DNA of 24,925 nt, taken from assembly GCA_036149055.1 (NCBI GenBank), contig JAYZQJ010000223.1, positions 1-24,925 on the forward strand, in the 5' to 3' direction. Position 1 is the first letter of the stretch. Every line of letters starts with the position of its first letter. The notes below the pieces were generated by a model. The model had not been told where the DNA came from, made no database searches, and worked only from the letters and a program-made list of their open reading frames with translations. The position numbers and the translations under genes are program-made. Shown piece after piece: positions 1-8,659 of this stretch. The stretch comes from Myxococcota bacterium. GTDB taxonomy: Bacteria; Myxococcota_A; Polyangia; Polyangiales; Sandaracinaceae.

Positions 1-2
1 GC

Positions 3-122
3 CCCCAGCGCCCCGTCGCTGGGGTCGCGGCGCGAGCGCGAAGCGCGAGGCGCCGACGGAGTCGGGAGGGGGGCCCCATTGGCGCTTTGCCCAATGGGGG
101 GAGGGTTTGCACCAAACCCTCC
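3..122. repeat. Multi-hairpin palindromic (REP-like) extragenic element, probably truncated at window start
   Basis: Four adjacent inverted repeats: CCCCAGCG/CGCTGGGG (3-24); CGGCGC..GCGC-GAA-GCGC..GCGCCG (28-55); CCCCATTGG/CCAATGGGG (74-99); GGAGGGTTTG/CAAACCCTCC (100-122). Ends 7 nt from the stop of the minus-strand gene. Confidence 0.6.
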
Positions 123-129
123 GAAAAAC

Positions 130-1974
130 TCAGCCGGGCTGACGCTCGAGCAGGAGCACCCGGCCGCCGCGGATCACGGCGACGCGGCGGCCGCTCGGTG
201 AGACGGCGGCGTCGCTCGGCGCGCCCTCGCGCTCGGCCCAGCCCTCCGGCCAGAGCAGGGTGGGGGCGCCGCCGCCGGTGCGGTGGAGGAGCACGCCGAG
301 CCCGCGGAGCTCGACCCGGTAGCGGCCGTCGGCGGTGATGGCGCCCGGGGGCAGCGGGGCCGGGGGCGGGGTGCCCGCGCTCAGGGTCTCGGGGGTCCCG
401 GCCGGATCGGCGCCGACGGTGAGGGGCGCCACCCGGAGCTCGGCGCCGCGCGCCGCGACCACCCCCTGCGGCGCCCAGCCGAGGATCTCCCAGCCGCCGT
501 CGTCGCGACGCTGCGCGGCCGTGAGCTCGGCGCCTTCGCCCTCGCAGGCGCCGGCCGGCGGCTCGCGCGGCTCGAGGAGCGGGGTCGCGTGGGTCGGCCC
601 GAGCGCGCGGCCGCTCACCACGCTGCCGGCGGGCACCACCCGGAGCACGAAGCCGGCGCAGCGGCGCTCGACGCCGGCCACCGCGAAGCGCTTCGAGGGG
701 TCGAGGATGCGCTGATCGGCGCGCTGCACGTCGAGCGGCTCCTCCTCGCCGGTGCCGACGTTCCAGATGCGGGGCGACGCGCCGCGGAGGAAGACGTGAT
801 CCTCGTCGAGGAAGCCGAGCGTGCTGAGCCGGGCCACGTCGCCGCCGGCCGCCTGGTGGGCCGGGCCCTCCCGGACCGAGACGCCGCCGGTCGCGGGGGC
901 CTCGGCGATCGCGCGGCGCGCGTAGTCCCGGCGCTCCTCGTTGATGAGGTAGCCGGGGGTGTCCATCGCCGCGAAGGCGTCGAGCGCCCGGAGCAGCTCG
1001 CCTTCCCTGGCGTGACCGCGGACGAGGTTGGTGATCGCGCGGCCCGCGGCGTCGGACTCCCCGCAGCCGAGCCCGGCGCTGCGGCCGATCCGGAGGCGCG
1101 CGCGTCCGGGCTCCCGGCAGAGGACCTCGTGCAGCGCCAGCACGCCGCGGGACTCGGCCACCGCCCGGGAGGCGTTGCCCCGCAGCAAGCGCAGCGCCGA
1201 TCGCGACCGGTCGACGAGCGTCGCCTCGGGCTCGTCGGCGTCGCGGGCGAGGCCGCTCGGGCGGTCGAGCCAGGGCAGCTCGAGCTCGTGCGTGGCGCCG
1301 TCTCGCTCGAGCCGGGCGGTGACCACGAGATCGTCGTGGCCGTCGTCGTCGCGATCGGCGAGCGCCCACCGGAGGCTCATCGCGCCGGGCGCCCGCTCCT
1401 CGGGGGCCAGCACCGCGAGGTGCTCGAGCACCCTCGGCGTCTCCGGGTGCGCGACGATCCAGTGCTCCATGCGCCCGGCGGCGGGCTGCGCCTCGCAGCG
1501 GAGGTCGGCGCTGGCGACGATCCACTCGGCGCCGATCGGCTGGAGGTTGGCGTCGGCGATGACGCAGCCCTCGGGCGCCGCGGGGGCGCGGCCGAGGTTG
1601 CGAGGCGGCGCGAAGGTGGCGCCTTCGCGGTTCGAGAACCAGAGCTGCACCGGCGCCTCGGGCGGACCGGCGGCGACGATCAGGGCGTCGCGGTCTCCGT
1701 CGCCGTCGACGTCGTGCGCCCAGAGCGAGCGGATCGAGCCCTCGAGCAGGATCGGCGCGCCCTCCACGTCGACCCGGGTGGTCCCGTCCCCGAAGGCGCG
1801 CGCGCTCGGCAAGTCGGCGTGCGCCGGTCGCTCGCGATCCGGGGTGTCGTCGTCCTCCGTGGCGCGCACGCCGGTGTCGAGCCCGAAGGGCACGGGATCG
1901 CCGCCCGAGCACGAGCTGCAGCCGCTCGCGAGGAGCACGCCACACGAGGCGAGGAGTGGGACGAGCCGGGTCAT
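130..1974 (-). CDS. Hypothetical lipoprotein with FG-GAP/DxDxDG-like Ca-binding motifs and a C-terminal beta-propeller-like segment
   Basis: Start reassigned to ATG 1974 (MTRLVPLLASCGVLLASGC, lipobox). Motifs DVDGDGDRD and DRDDDGHDD. C-terminus AAVSPSGRRVAVIRGGRVLLL. The longer track start is the antisense shadow of the next gene. Confidence 0.75.
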   Translation of the reverse strand: MTRLVPLLASCGVLLASGCSSCSGGDPVPFGLDTGVRATEDDDTPDRERPAHADLPSARAFGDGTTRVDVEGAPILLEGSIRSLWAHDVDGDGDRDALIVAAGPPEAPVQLWFSNREGATFAPPRNLGRAPAAPEGCVIADANLQPIGAEWIVASADLRCEAQPAAGRMEHWIVAHPETPRVLEHLAVLAPEERAPGAMSLRWALADRDDDGHDDLVVTARLERDGATHELELPWLDRPSGLARDADEPEATLVDRSRSALRLLRGNASRAVAESRGVLALHEVLCREPGRARLRIGRSAGLGCGESDAAGRAITNLVRGHAREGELLRALDAFAAMDTPGYLINEERRDYARRAIAEAPATGGVSVREGPAHQAAGGDVARLSTLGFLDEDHVFLRGASPRIWNVGTGEEEPLDVQRADQRILDPSKRFAVAGVERRCAGFVLRVVPAGSVVSGRALGPTHATPLLEPREPPAGACEGEGAELTAAQRRDDGGWEILGWAPQGVVAARGAELRVAPLTVGADPAGTPETLSAGTPPPAPLPPGAITADGRYRVELRGLGVLLHRTGGGAPTLLWPEGWAEREGAPSDAAVSPSGRRVAVIRGGRVLLLERQPG

Positions 1975-2113
1975 GCGGCCGTGATAACAGCGGGCCCGCC
2001 GGATCGCATCCATCCGTGTAAGCCGGCTGACACCTGCGCGCGTGCGGTCACACACGACAGGTAGGCGGGACCATTCCCTTTTTTCCGACGCAGGAATATC
2101 GTCGCGGGGCGCC

Positions 2114-3865
2114 GTGCCCCGCCTCCTCCACGTGTCCTGCGCGCTCTCGATGCTGCTCGCGTCGCCCGTGCTGGCGCAGCCGGCGGACGATCCGGAGGCC
2201 GACGTCGAGGCCGAGGCAGGCGTCGAGGCCGAGCCCGGGACCGAAGCCGAGGCCGAGGCCGAGGCCGAGCCCGAGCCCGAGGCCGAGGCCGAGACCGAGT
2301 CCGTGACCGAGCCGGATCCGGCGGAGGTCGCGCCGGAGCCGGGCGGGATGGGGACGCTCGAGGAGGCGGAGTCGGGGCCGCCGCAGGACGAGGCGGACGA
2401 GGACGAGGAGGCGGAGGAAGAGGAGGCGACGGCCCAGGAAGAAGAGGAGGGCGGGCTCACCTTCGGCGGCAGCATCGGCGGCGAGTACCGGCACCGGGGG
2501 GTGTTCATGAGCGACTTCCCGCTCGACCCGCTGCCCCGCACCGACCCGGCCGTCACCGGCGAGTACGGGCCGAACTTCTGGGGGGAGCAGTGGCTCCGCC
2601 TGCACGGGGAGCTGGCGCTGCGGCCGGTGCTCCGGCTGTACGGCGAGACCGATCTCGTCTGGGGCGTGGCCTACGGGGACCTGACGCAGGGGCTCGACCC
2701 GGCCGCGTGGCCGCGCGACGACTACGGCTACCCGGGCCTGCGCCTCCGGCAGCTCTACCTCGAGTGGATCACGCCCATCGGCTTGCTGCGGGTCGGACAG
2801 ATGGCGTTCAGCTGGGGCCTCGGCATCATCTCGAACGGCGGCGACGACCCGCCGGTCTTCGGGGACTACCGCTACGGCGACCTGGTGCGGCGGCTGCTGT
2901 TCGCGACCAAGCCCGCCGGGCGCGACAGCCCCTTCACGATCGCGGTGGCCGGGGACTGGGTCGCGTGGGACCTCATCGCCGACTTCGACGGGCGCGGGGA
3001 CCTCGCGTTCCAGGGGCTGCTCGCCGCGTTCTACGAGGACGACGAGGACAACCAGATCGGCGCCTACGCCGCCTACCGCCACCAGACCAACACGCTGAAC
3101 GACGAGCTGAGCGTGTTCGTCGGCGACGTCTTCGCGAAGCTCCACTTCGCCGAGCCGAGCGGCGGGCGCATCCGGGTGGCGTTCGAGGGCGCCTACGTGC
3201 GCGGCGAGACCAGCCTCACGCGCACCGTCGCTCACCCGCAGCAGGAGGTGGAGCAGCTCCTCGCCGTCGCCCAGCTCGGCCGGGTCAGCCCGCACCTCGA
3301 CGTCATCCTCGAGGGTGGCTACGCGAGCGGCGACTCGAACGCGGAGGACGCGTTCCAGCGCCGCGGCACGATGGACCCCGACCACCGGGTCGGGCTCGTG
3401 CTCTTCCCCGAGGTGCTCGCGGCCCAGAGCGCGCGCTCGGCGCACCTCGCCCGGTCCCCCGAGCTCTTCGGGCGGCCGAGCCGCGGGGCCGAGCTGCTGC
3501 CCACCAACGGCGGGGTGGCCAACGCGTACTACCTGTTCCCGTACGCGATCTGGCGGCCGCTCGACTGGATCGACGTGCGGCTCGGCGGCGTCGTCGCCTG
3601 GAGCAGCTCGGACGTGGTCGACCCCTTCGCGCAGCGCGCGCGGTCTCGCTCGGTCAACTACCGGGGCGGCGATCCGTCGCGGCGGGACCTCGGGCTCGAG
3701 CTCGACGGCGCGGTGCGGCTGCACGGCGAGATCTCCGAGGGCGTGACCCTCAGCGGCGGCGTGGAGGGCGGCGTGCTCTTCCCGGGCGCCGCCTTCGAGG
3801 ACGCGGACGGGAACCGGATGGACACCGTCGGGATGGCGCGGCTCCGATTGGGTTTGCGGTACTGA
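2114..3865 (+). CDS. Outer-membrane beta-barrel protein (TIGR04551/alginate-export-like), paralog A
   Basis: GTG 2114 gives signal peptide MPRLLHVSCALSMLLASPVLA-Q, then an acidic EAEAEPEPE linker. Motif LRQLYLEWITPIGLLRVGQMAFSWGLGIISNGG..RRLLFATKP, amphipathic strands, and a C-terminal aromatic beta-signal RLRLGLRY. Start uncertain. Confidence 0.75.
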   Translation: MPRLLHVSCALSMLLASPVLAQPADDPEADVEAEAGVEAEPGTEAEAEAEAEPEPEAEAETESVTEPDPAEVAPEPGGMGTLEEAESGPPQDEADEDEEAEEEEATAQEEEEGGLTFGGSIGGEYRHRGVFMSDFPLDPLPRTDPAVTGEYGPNFWGEQWLRLHGELALRPVLRLYGETDLVWGVAYGDLTQGLDPAAWPRDDYGYPGLRLRQLYLEWITPIGLLRVGQMAFSWGLGIISNGGDDPPVFGDYRYGDLVRRLLFATKPAGRDSPFTIAVAGDWVAWDLIADFDGRGDLAFQGLLAAFYEDDEDNQIGAYAAYRHQTNTLNDELSVFVGDVFAKLHFAEPSGGRIRVAFEGAYVRGETSLTRTVAHPQQEVEQLLAVAQLGRVSPHLDVILEGGYASGDSNAEDAFQRRGTMDPDHRVGLVLFPEVLAAQSARSAHLARSPELFGRPSRGAELLPTNGGVANAYYLFPYAIWRPLDWIDVRLGGVVAWSSSDVVDPFAQRARSRSVNYRGGDPSRRDLGLELDGAVRLHGEISEGVTLSGGVEGGVLFPGAAFEDADGNRMDTVGMARLRLGLRY

Positions 3866-3883
3866 GAATTGAGAGGGAGACGG

Positions 3884-4855
3884 ATGCGAAGGATCGTTGG
3901 CTTGGCCTGGGCGCTCACCCTGTGTGGCGCTCTGATGTTCGGTTGTGACGGCGGGAGCGCCGAGGAGGACTCGGGGACCGGCGGCGGCGACGACGCGGGC
4001 GGCACCACGCTGCCCGAGCTGCCCCCCTCGGCGGTCTTCGCGGAGGTGGACGAGCGCTACGAGCCCACCTCGCTCGACTGGAGCTGCCTGGACACGGGCG
4101 TGGAGCCCACCCCGGGCGAGCCCGTCGACGTGCGCTTCGAGCTGATCGACTTCCAGGACGACTTCCCGGTCGACGAGGTCGACGTCTGGCTCTTCAGCGA
4201 CAACGAGATCGGCGACGACTGCAGCGGGCCGGGCTGCCAGATGTTCACCACCGGCGCGGACGGCAGCGCGATGGTCACCCTGCCCGCGGGCGGGTGGTAC
4301 GCCTACCGCGTGCTGCCGAAGGACGGCCCGACCCGGCAGTCCTCGGTCTTCGGCGTCTTCCAGTACAACGAGCCCGCGCCCGCGGCCGACGGCATGGCCG
4401 TGCAGGGCAACTCGGTCTCGGGCAAGACCATCGACCTCATCCCGGCGCTGCTCGGCATCTCCCGCGAGGAGGGCACGGCCACCGTGTCCGGCCGGATCAG
4501 CGACTGCGGCGGCGGGTTCGTCGAGAACGCGATCATTCGCCTCTACGACCCGGAGGGGAACCTCGTGGAGCAGGGCACGCTCGGCGACGAGCCGTCCTAC
4601 CACTTCTTCAACGGCGACGCGTCGAACAACCTGCCGGAGCAGGCGCGCGAGATGTCGCACCGCGACGGGCTCTACGTCGTCGTCCAGGTGCCGGTCGTCG
4701 ACGACCGCCCCTACCGCATCGAAGCCTACGCCAACGTCGAGGGCGAGACCCGACTGGTGGGCTGCGAGTCGGCGCGGATCTTCGCCGACGCGGTGACGAT
4801 CGTGAACATGACGCCGCTCCGGAGCGACGCCCCGGCGGGCTGCCCGGCGCCTTGA
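3884..4855 (+). CDS. Lipoprotein with putative carboxypeptidase-regulatory-like beta-sandwich domains
   Basis: RBS GAGGGAG before ATG 3884. MRRIVGLAWALTLCGALMFG-C lipobox, EDSGTGGGDDAG linker, motifs DWSCL, TTGADG and VSGRISDCGGGFVENAIIRL. Confidence 0.75.
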   Translation: MRRIVGLAWALTLCGALMFGCDGGSAEEDSGTGGGDDAGGTTLPELPPSAVFAEVDERYEPTSLDWSCLDTGVEPTPGEPVDVRFELIDFQDDFPVDEVDVWLFSDNEIGDDCSGPGCQMFTTGADGSAMVTLPAGGWYAYRVLPKDGPTRQSSVFGVFQYNEPAPAADGMAVQGNSVSGKTIDLIPALLGISREEGTATVSGRISDCGGGFVENAIIRLYDPEGNLVEQGTLGDEPSYHFFNGDASNNLPEQAREMSHRDGLYVVVQVPVVDDRPYRIEAYANVEGETRLVGCESARIFADAVTIVNMTPLRSDAPAGCPAP

Positions 4856-4856
4856 C

Positions 4857-4877
4857 GGCCCCCGGGGCCCGGGGGCC
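4857..4877 (+). terminator. GC-rich hairpin after lipoprotein stop (terminator or processing stem)
   Basis: GGCCCCCGG-GGC-CCGGGGGCC, perfect 9-bp stem; no clear U tract. Confidence 0.4.
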
Positions 4878-4886
4878 TGTCGAAAA

Positions 4887-4903
4887 CTGGCGAAGTTTTG
4901 GCA
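4887..4903 (+). promoter_or_regulatory. Possible sigma54 -24/-12 promoter for barrel B
   Basis: CTGGCGAAGTTTTGGCA has GG-N10-GC spacing and lies in an AT-richer patch with an AAAACT/AGTTTT inverted repeat. Confidence 0.3.
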
Positions 4904-4976
4904 AGATCTCGTTGACTTGTGGGCGGCCGCCGTTGGAAAACGGGGCCGGGGTGGGACTTCTCGCCCGGGAGGAGCG

Positions 4977-6896
4977 ATGAAACGGGCTGGGCTGATCGAG
5001 CGAGCCGTCCTTTGGGCTTCGTGCCTGTTGGCGATGGCGTGGGCGCCTCTGGCGCTCGCGCAGCCGACCGAACCCGAGGGCGAAGAGACCGAGACGACCG
5101 AGACGGAGGGTGAGACCTCCGAGGAGGACGAAGGGGTAGGCGTCGACGCCGACACCCCCGACGACATGCTCGGTCACGAGGAGGTCCCGCCGCCGGAGGG
5201 CCTCGAGGACGAGGACGCGGAGGACATGGACCGCGGGGACATGACGACTGTCGCCCCGCCGCCGCCCCCTCCGCCGCCGCCGCCCCCGCCGCCGCCGCCG
5301 CCCTCGCCGGGCGCGGGTGGAGGAGGGGACGGAGAGGACGCCGACACCGGCATCCCCATCAACTTCGATCTGCACGGCTACTACCGCGCGCGTCTCGTCA
5401 CCACCGACGCTCACCCCGTGGCGGGCTCGGTCGCGCGGGACGACGCCGGGCACGCGGCCTACGGCTTCATGCGGCTGCGCTTGAACCCCTCGATCCTCTT
5501 CGGGAGCGATCGCGAGGCTCCGGTCGCCGCGCTCCGGATGCAGATCGACGCGCTCGACAACGTCGTCTTCGGCGACAACGCGCGCGCCGCGGGCACGCCG
5601 CTCTTCGCGGCCGACCCGACGCGCACGAGCCTGCTCGACGGCGACCTGGACGACTACTTCTTCCTGCGCCGCCTCTGGCTCGAGTTCCTGATCCCCATCG
5701 GTCAGGTGCGCATCGGCCGGCAGCCGTCGCACGGCGGGCTCGGCCTGCTGTTCAACGACGGCAACGAGTTCCGCAACGACTTCGGCGACGCGCTCGACGG
5801 CACGACCTTCGACCGCATCCTCTTCGCCACCCGGCCGCTCACGATCTTCAACGCGCTGACGCGCGGCGACTCGCGGCCGACCCCCCTCATCTTCGCGCTC
5901 GCCTACGACTGGCTGGCCGAGGACACCCTGGGCGTGGGCGCCGACCCGGGCACCCGCTCGCCGTTCCCCTTCGCCTGGCTCCCGGGCGGCGAGGACGACG
6001 TCTACCAGACGACCATGGTGCTGGCGTGGCGCGACGAGGACTTCAACAGCGAGGTCAACGCGCGCGACGAGCTGACCGCGGGTCTCGTGATGGTCTACCG
6101 AGGCCAGGACTCGTCGGACAGCGACATCTACATCGGCGACTTCTTCTACCGCCTCCGCTGGAGCGCCTTCGGCCGCCGGGCCCCCGGCCTCTACTCCGAG
6201 GGTGAGCTCTACACGATCCAGGGCACGACCTACGGCCTCGGCTCGGTGGACGACACCACCGGTCGCGTCGGCGCGAACAAGGGCGCCAACGTGTGGGGCG
6301 GCGCGGCCCGGATCGGTCTCGACGACCCGATGTGGGGCTTCTACCTCGAGAGCGGCTTCTCCACCGGTCAGTCGGATCTGCTCGCGACCCTCGCGGCGGC
6401 GAGCCCGCCGGCGGGCTGCGCGCCGGGCGACACCTGCCTGTCGCTCAACCAGCGGCCGAACAACCCCGCCTACCAGGTGGGCCTGCTCCTCTACCCGACC
6501 GTGCTCGCGGTCCGCACAGCGGCCGCCTACGGCGAGACCTTCAACTCGGTCTGGTCGGGCGGCGGCGTGTGGAACTCGGTCTACTTCCTGCCGCGCGTCT
6601 CCTTCCGGCCCCTGCCGGGCGTGGAGCTGCTCGGGCAGTTCATCCTCGCGTTCGCCGACGAGGCGAACCTCCCGCTCGCCACCGACCGGACCGGCGCGGA
6701 CCGCAACTGCGGCCTGGACGAGGACTGCATCCTCGGCTGGGAGGCGGACGTGGCCCTCAAGATCAGCTGGGGCCCGAACGACGAGATGCGGTGGTCGAAC
6801 GAGTTCGGCATCATGAACGCCGGACCCGCCCTCGGCCCGCGCCTCGCGACCTCCGTGATCTGGACGCTCCAGTCGAGGATCGCCTTCGTCTTCTGA
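4977..6896 (+). CDS. Outer-membrane beta-barrel protein (TIGR04551/alginate-export-like), paralog B
   Basis: RBS GGAGGAG before ATG 4977. Signal peptide ending PLALA-Q, acidic linker plus 16 consecutive Pro. Motifs FDLHGYYRAR and LRRLWLEFLIPIGQVRIGRQPSHGGLGLLFNDG..DRILFATRP. C-terminus SRIAFVF. Confidence 0.8.
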   Translation: MKRAGLIERAVLWASCLLAMAWAPLALAQPTEPEGEETETTETEGETSEEDEGVGVDADTPDDMLGHEEVPPPEGLEDEDAEDMDRGDMTTVAPPPPPPPPPPPPPPPPSPGAGGGGDGEDADTGIPINFDLHGYYRARLVTTDAHPVAGSVARDDAGHAAYGFMRLRLNPSILFGSDREAPVAALRMQIDALDNVVFGDNARAAGTPLFAADPTRTSLLDGDLDDYFFLRRLWLEFLIPIGQVRIGRQPSHGGLGLLFNDGNEFRNDFGDALDGTTFDRILFATRPLTIFNALTRGDSRPTPLIFALAYDWLAEDTLGVGADPGTRSPFPFAWLPGGEDDVYQTTMVLAWRDEDFNSEVNARDELTAGLVMVYRGQDSSDSDIYIGDFFYRLRWSAFGRRAPGLYSEGELYTIQGTTYGLGSVDDTTGRVGANKGANVWGGAARIGLDDPMWGFYLESGFSTGQSDLLATLAAASPPAGCAPGDTCLSLNQRPNNPAYQVGLLLYPTVLAVRTAAAYGETFNSVWSGGGVWNSVYFLPRVSFRPLPGVELLGQFILAFADEANLPLATDRTGADRNCGLDEDCILGWEADVALKISWGPNDEMRWSNEFGIMNAGPALGPRLATSVIWTLQSRIAFVF

Positions 6897-6917
6897 GGGC
6901 GGCTCGAAGGAGTAGAG

Positions 6918-6955
6918 GAGGGCGTCGGCTTCGGTCGGCGCCCTCTCTTCGTTTC
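6918..6955 (+). terminator. Intrinsic terminator after barrel B
   Basis: GAGGGCGTCGGC-TTCG-GTCGGCGCCCTC: 12-bp stem with two G-U pairs and a cUUCGg tetraloop, followed by TCTTCGTTTC. Confidence 0.65.
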
Positions 6956-7007
6956 GGGCTGCGCCGCAAATTTCGGAGAAGCGCCCTCGCTCCGTAGGAT
7001 CGGAGGC

Positions 7008-8132
7008 GTGAGGGGAAGCTGGGCAGCGCTCGCGATCACGTTGATCGCCACCACCGCGTCGGCGGATCGACGCACCCACGTCGTGGACGCGGGGGAGTCG
7101 CTCGGCGCGCTCGCCGTCCGCTACCACGTCTCGGTGGACGAGCTGCGCCGCTGGAACGCGATCGACGGCGACACCATCCAGGTCGGGCAAGAGCTGGTGG
7201 TCGAGGAGGGCCCGGTCTTCCGCTACACGGTGGTGCCCGGCGACACGTTGGGGTGCATCGCTCGACGCTTCGATCTCCCGGTGGAGCAGATCGTGGCCGA
7301 CAACGTCGGCGTCGCCACGCGGCTGGACGTCGGGCACGAGCTCGTGCTGCGCGGGGTCGAGGCGCCGCCGGAGACGGGCCAGGCGCCGCCGGCCATCGTG
7401 CATGTGGTGGCGCGCGGCGAGACGCTCTCGCACATCGCGCGGGACCACGGCGTGGAGGTCTCCGAGATCCTGAGCCACAACCCCGGCCTCGACCCCGACC
7501 GGGTGCGGGTCGGGCGCGAGCTGTCGATCCGACCCGGTCCGACGAGCGCCAGCGTCGGCGCGCCCAACTGCGGCGCGATCCGTGGCGGCGTGCAGCTCGG
7601 GGCCCACCCTGCGTACGTCCTCCGCAACCCCGAGCGCGCCTGGGCCACCCGGACCACCGTGCGCCGCCTGCGCGCCGCCTTCGACGTCGTGCACCGCCGC
7701 CACCCGCGGGCCGCGCGGGTCCGCGTGAACGATCTCTCGCTCGAGGGCGGCGGCCCCATCGACGACCACCGCAGCCACCAGTCGGGGCGGGACGTCGACA
7801 TCACCTACTACCAGCGCCGCGGCTGCGACGCGGAGGACGGCTGCCCCCTGAGCCGCGTCGACCCCGACGGCCTCGACGTGCGGAGGCAGTGGACCTTGCT
7901 CCACCGGTGGCTGCGGCGAGACGAGGCCGAGGCCATCTACGTCGACTACGCTCTCCAGGCGCCGCTCTATCGCGAGGCGCGCCGGCGCGGGGCGAGCCGA
8001 GCCCAGCTCGAGCGGTGGTTCCAGTACCCGCGCGGGCGCTGGCACGCCGACGGCGTGGTCCGGCATTTCCCCAACCACCGCGATCATCTGCACGTGCGCT
8101 TCGCCTGCGAGGGCGAAGAGAGGTGTCGATGA
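7008..8132 (+). CDS. LysM (x3) plus penicillin-insensitive murein endopeptidase (MepA, peptidase M74)
   Basis: Signal peptide. Three LysM repeats (HVVDAGESLGALAVRY, YTVVPGDTLGCIARRF, HVVARGETLSHIARDH). MepA Zn motifs DLSLEGGG..HRSHQSGRDVD and HRDHLHVRF are intact. Confidence 0.9.
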   Translation: MRGSWAALAITLIATTASADRRTHVVDAGESLGALAVRYHVSVDELRRWNAIDGDTIQVGQELVVEEGPVFRYTVVPGDTLGCIARRFDLPVEQIVADNVGVATRLDVGHELVLRGVEAPPETGQAPPAIVHVVARGETLSHIARDHGVEVSEILSHNPGLDPDRVRVGRELSIRPGPTSASVGAPNCGAIRGGVQLGAHPAYVLRNPERAWATRTTVRRLRAAFDVVHRRHPRAARVRVNDLSLEGGGPIDDHRSHQSGRDVDITYYQRRGCDAEDGCPLSRVDPDGLDVRRQWTLLHRWLRRDEAEAIYVDYALQAPLYREARRRGASRAQLERWFQYPRGRWHADGVVRHFPNHRDHLHVRFACEGEERCR

Positions 8133-8189
8133 CGCGATTCGGCGAATCGCGCCCGCGCCGGATCGGTTAGGCTCCCGGATGGAGGGCGA

Positions 8190-8615
8190 ATGAGCGAGGA
8201 CGCGGTGGCGATCTGGCGGCGCTTCGACGAAGAGGTGGGGGACGCGCTCCTGCGCGCGGTGAGCGGGGCGTTCGCCTTCGTCGCCTGCGCGGACGCCCAC
8301 CTGGCCGACGCCGAGGTGGACCGCTTCCTCGCCTGGGTCGCCGAGCAGGACGCCTTCGAGAAGCTCCCGGCGGACCGGCTCGAGGGCCACTTCCGTGGCC
8401 TCGCCGACGCCTTCGCCAAGGACTTCGCCGAGGGAGAGCGCCGGGCCACGGCGTCGGTCTCGGCGGTGAGCGACGACCCGCGGGCCCGCGAGCTGGTGTT
8501 GAGCGCGGCGCGGGTCGCGGTGGTCGCGGACGAGCGGTTGATGGAGGTCGAGGAGGCGGCGGTGGCGCGGGTGCGCGCCGCGCTGGGGCTCCCGACGGAG
8601 GGGGATCTGGGATGA
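8190..8615 (+). CDS. TerB-family (tellurite resistance-like) protein
   Basis: Two TerB half-motifs, VACADAHLADAEVDRF and VVADERLMEVEEAAVARVRAALGL; 141 aa; RBS GGAGG. Confidence 0.8.
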   Translation: MSEDAVAIWRRFDEEVGDALLRAVSGAFAFVACADAHLADAEVDRFLAWVAEQDAFEKLPADRLEGHFRGLADAFAKDFAEGERRATASVSAVSDDPRARELVLSAARVAVVADERLMEVEEAAVARVRAALGLPTEGDLG

Positions 8616-8659
8616 CGGAAACGATGACAATTCACGACGGGCTCGCGTATTCTCCGCGC

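Noticed and set aside
8190..8615. Tellurite-resistance or anti-phage ter island
   Set aside because: Single TerB-domain gene; no terA/C/D/Z or mobility genes nearby.
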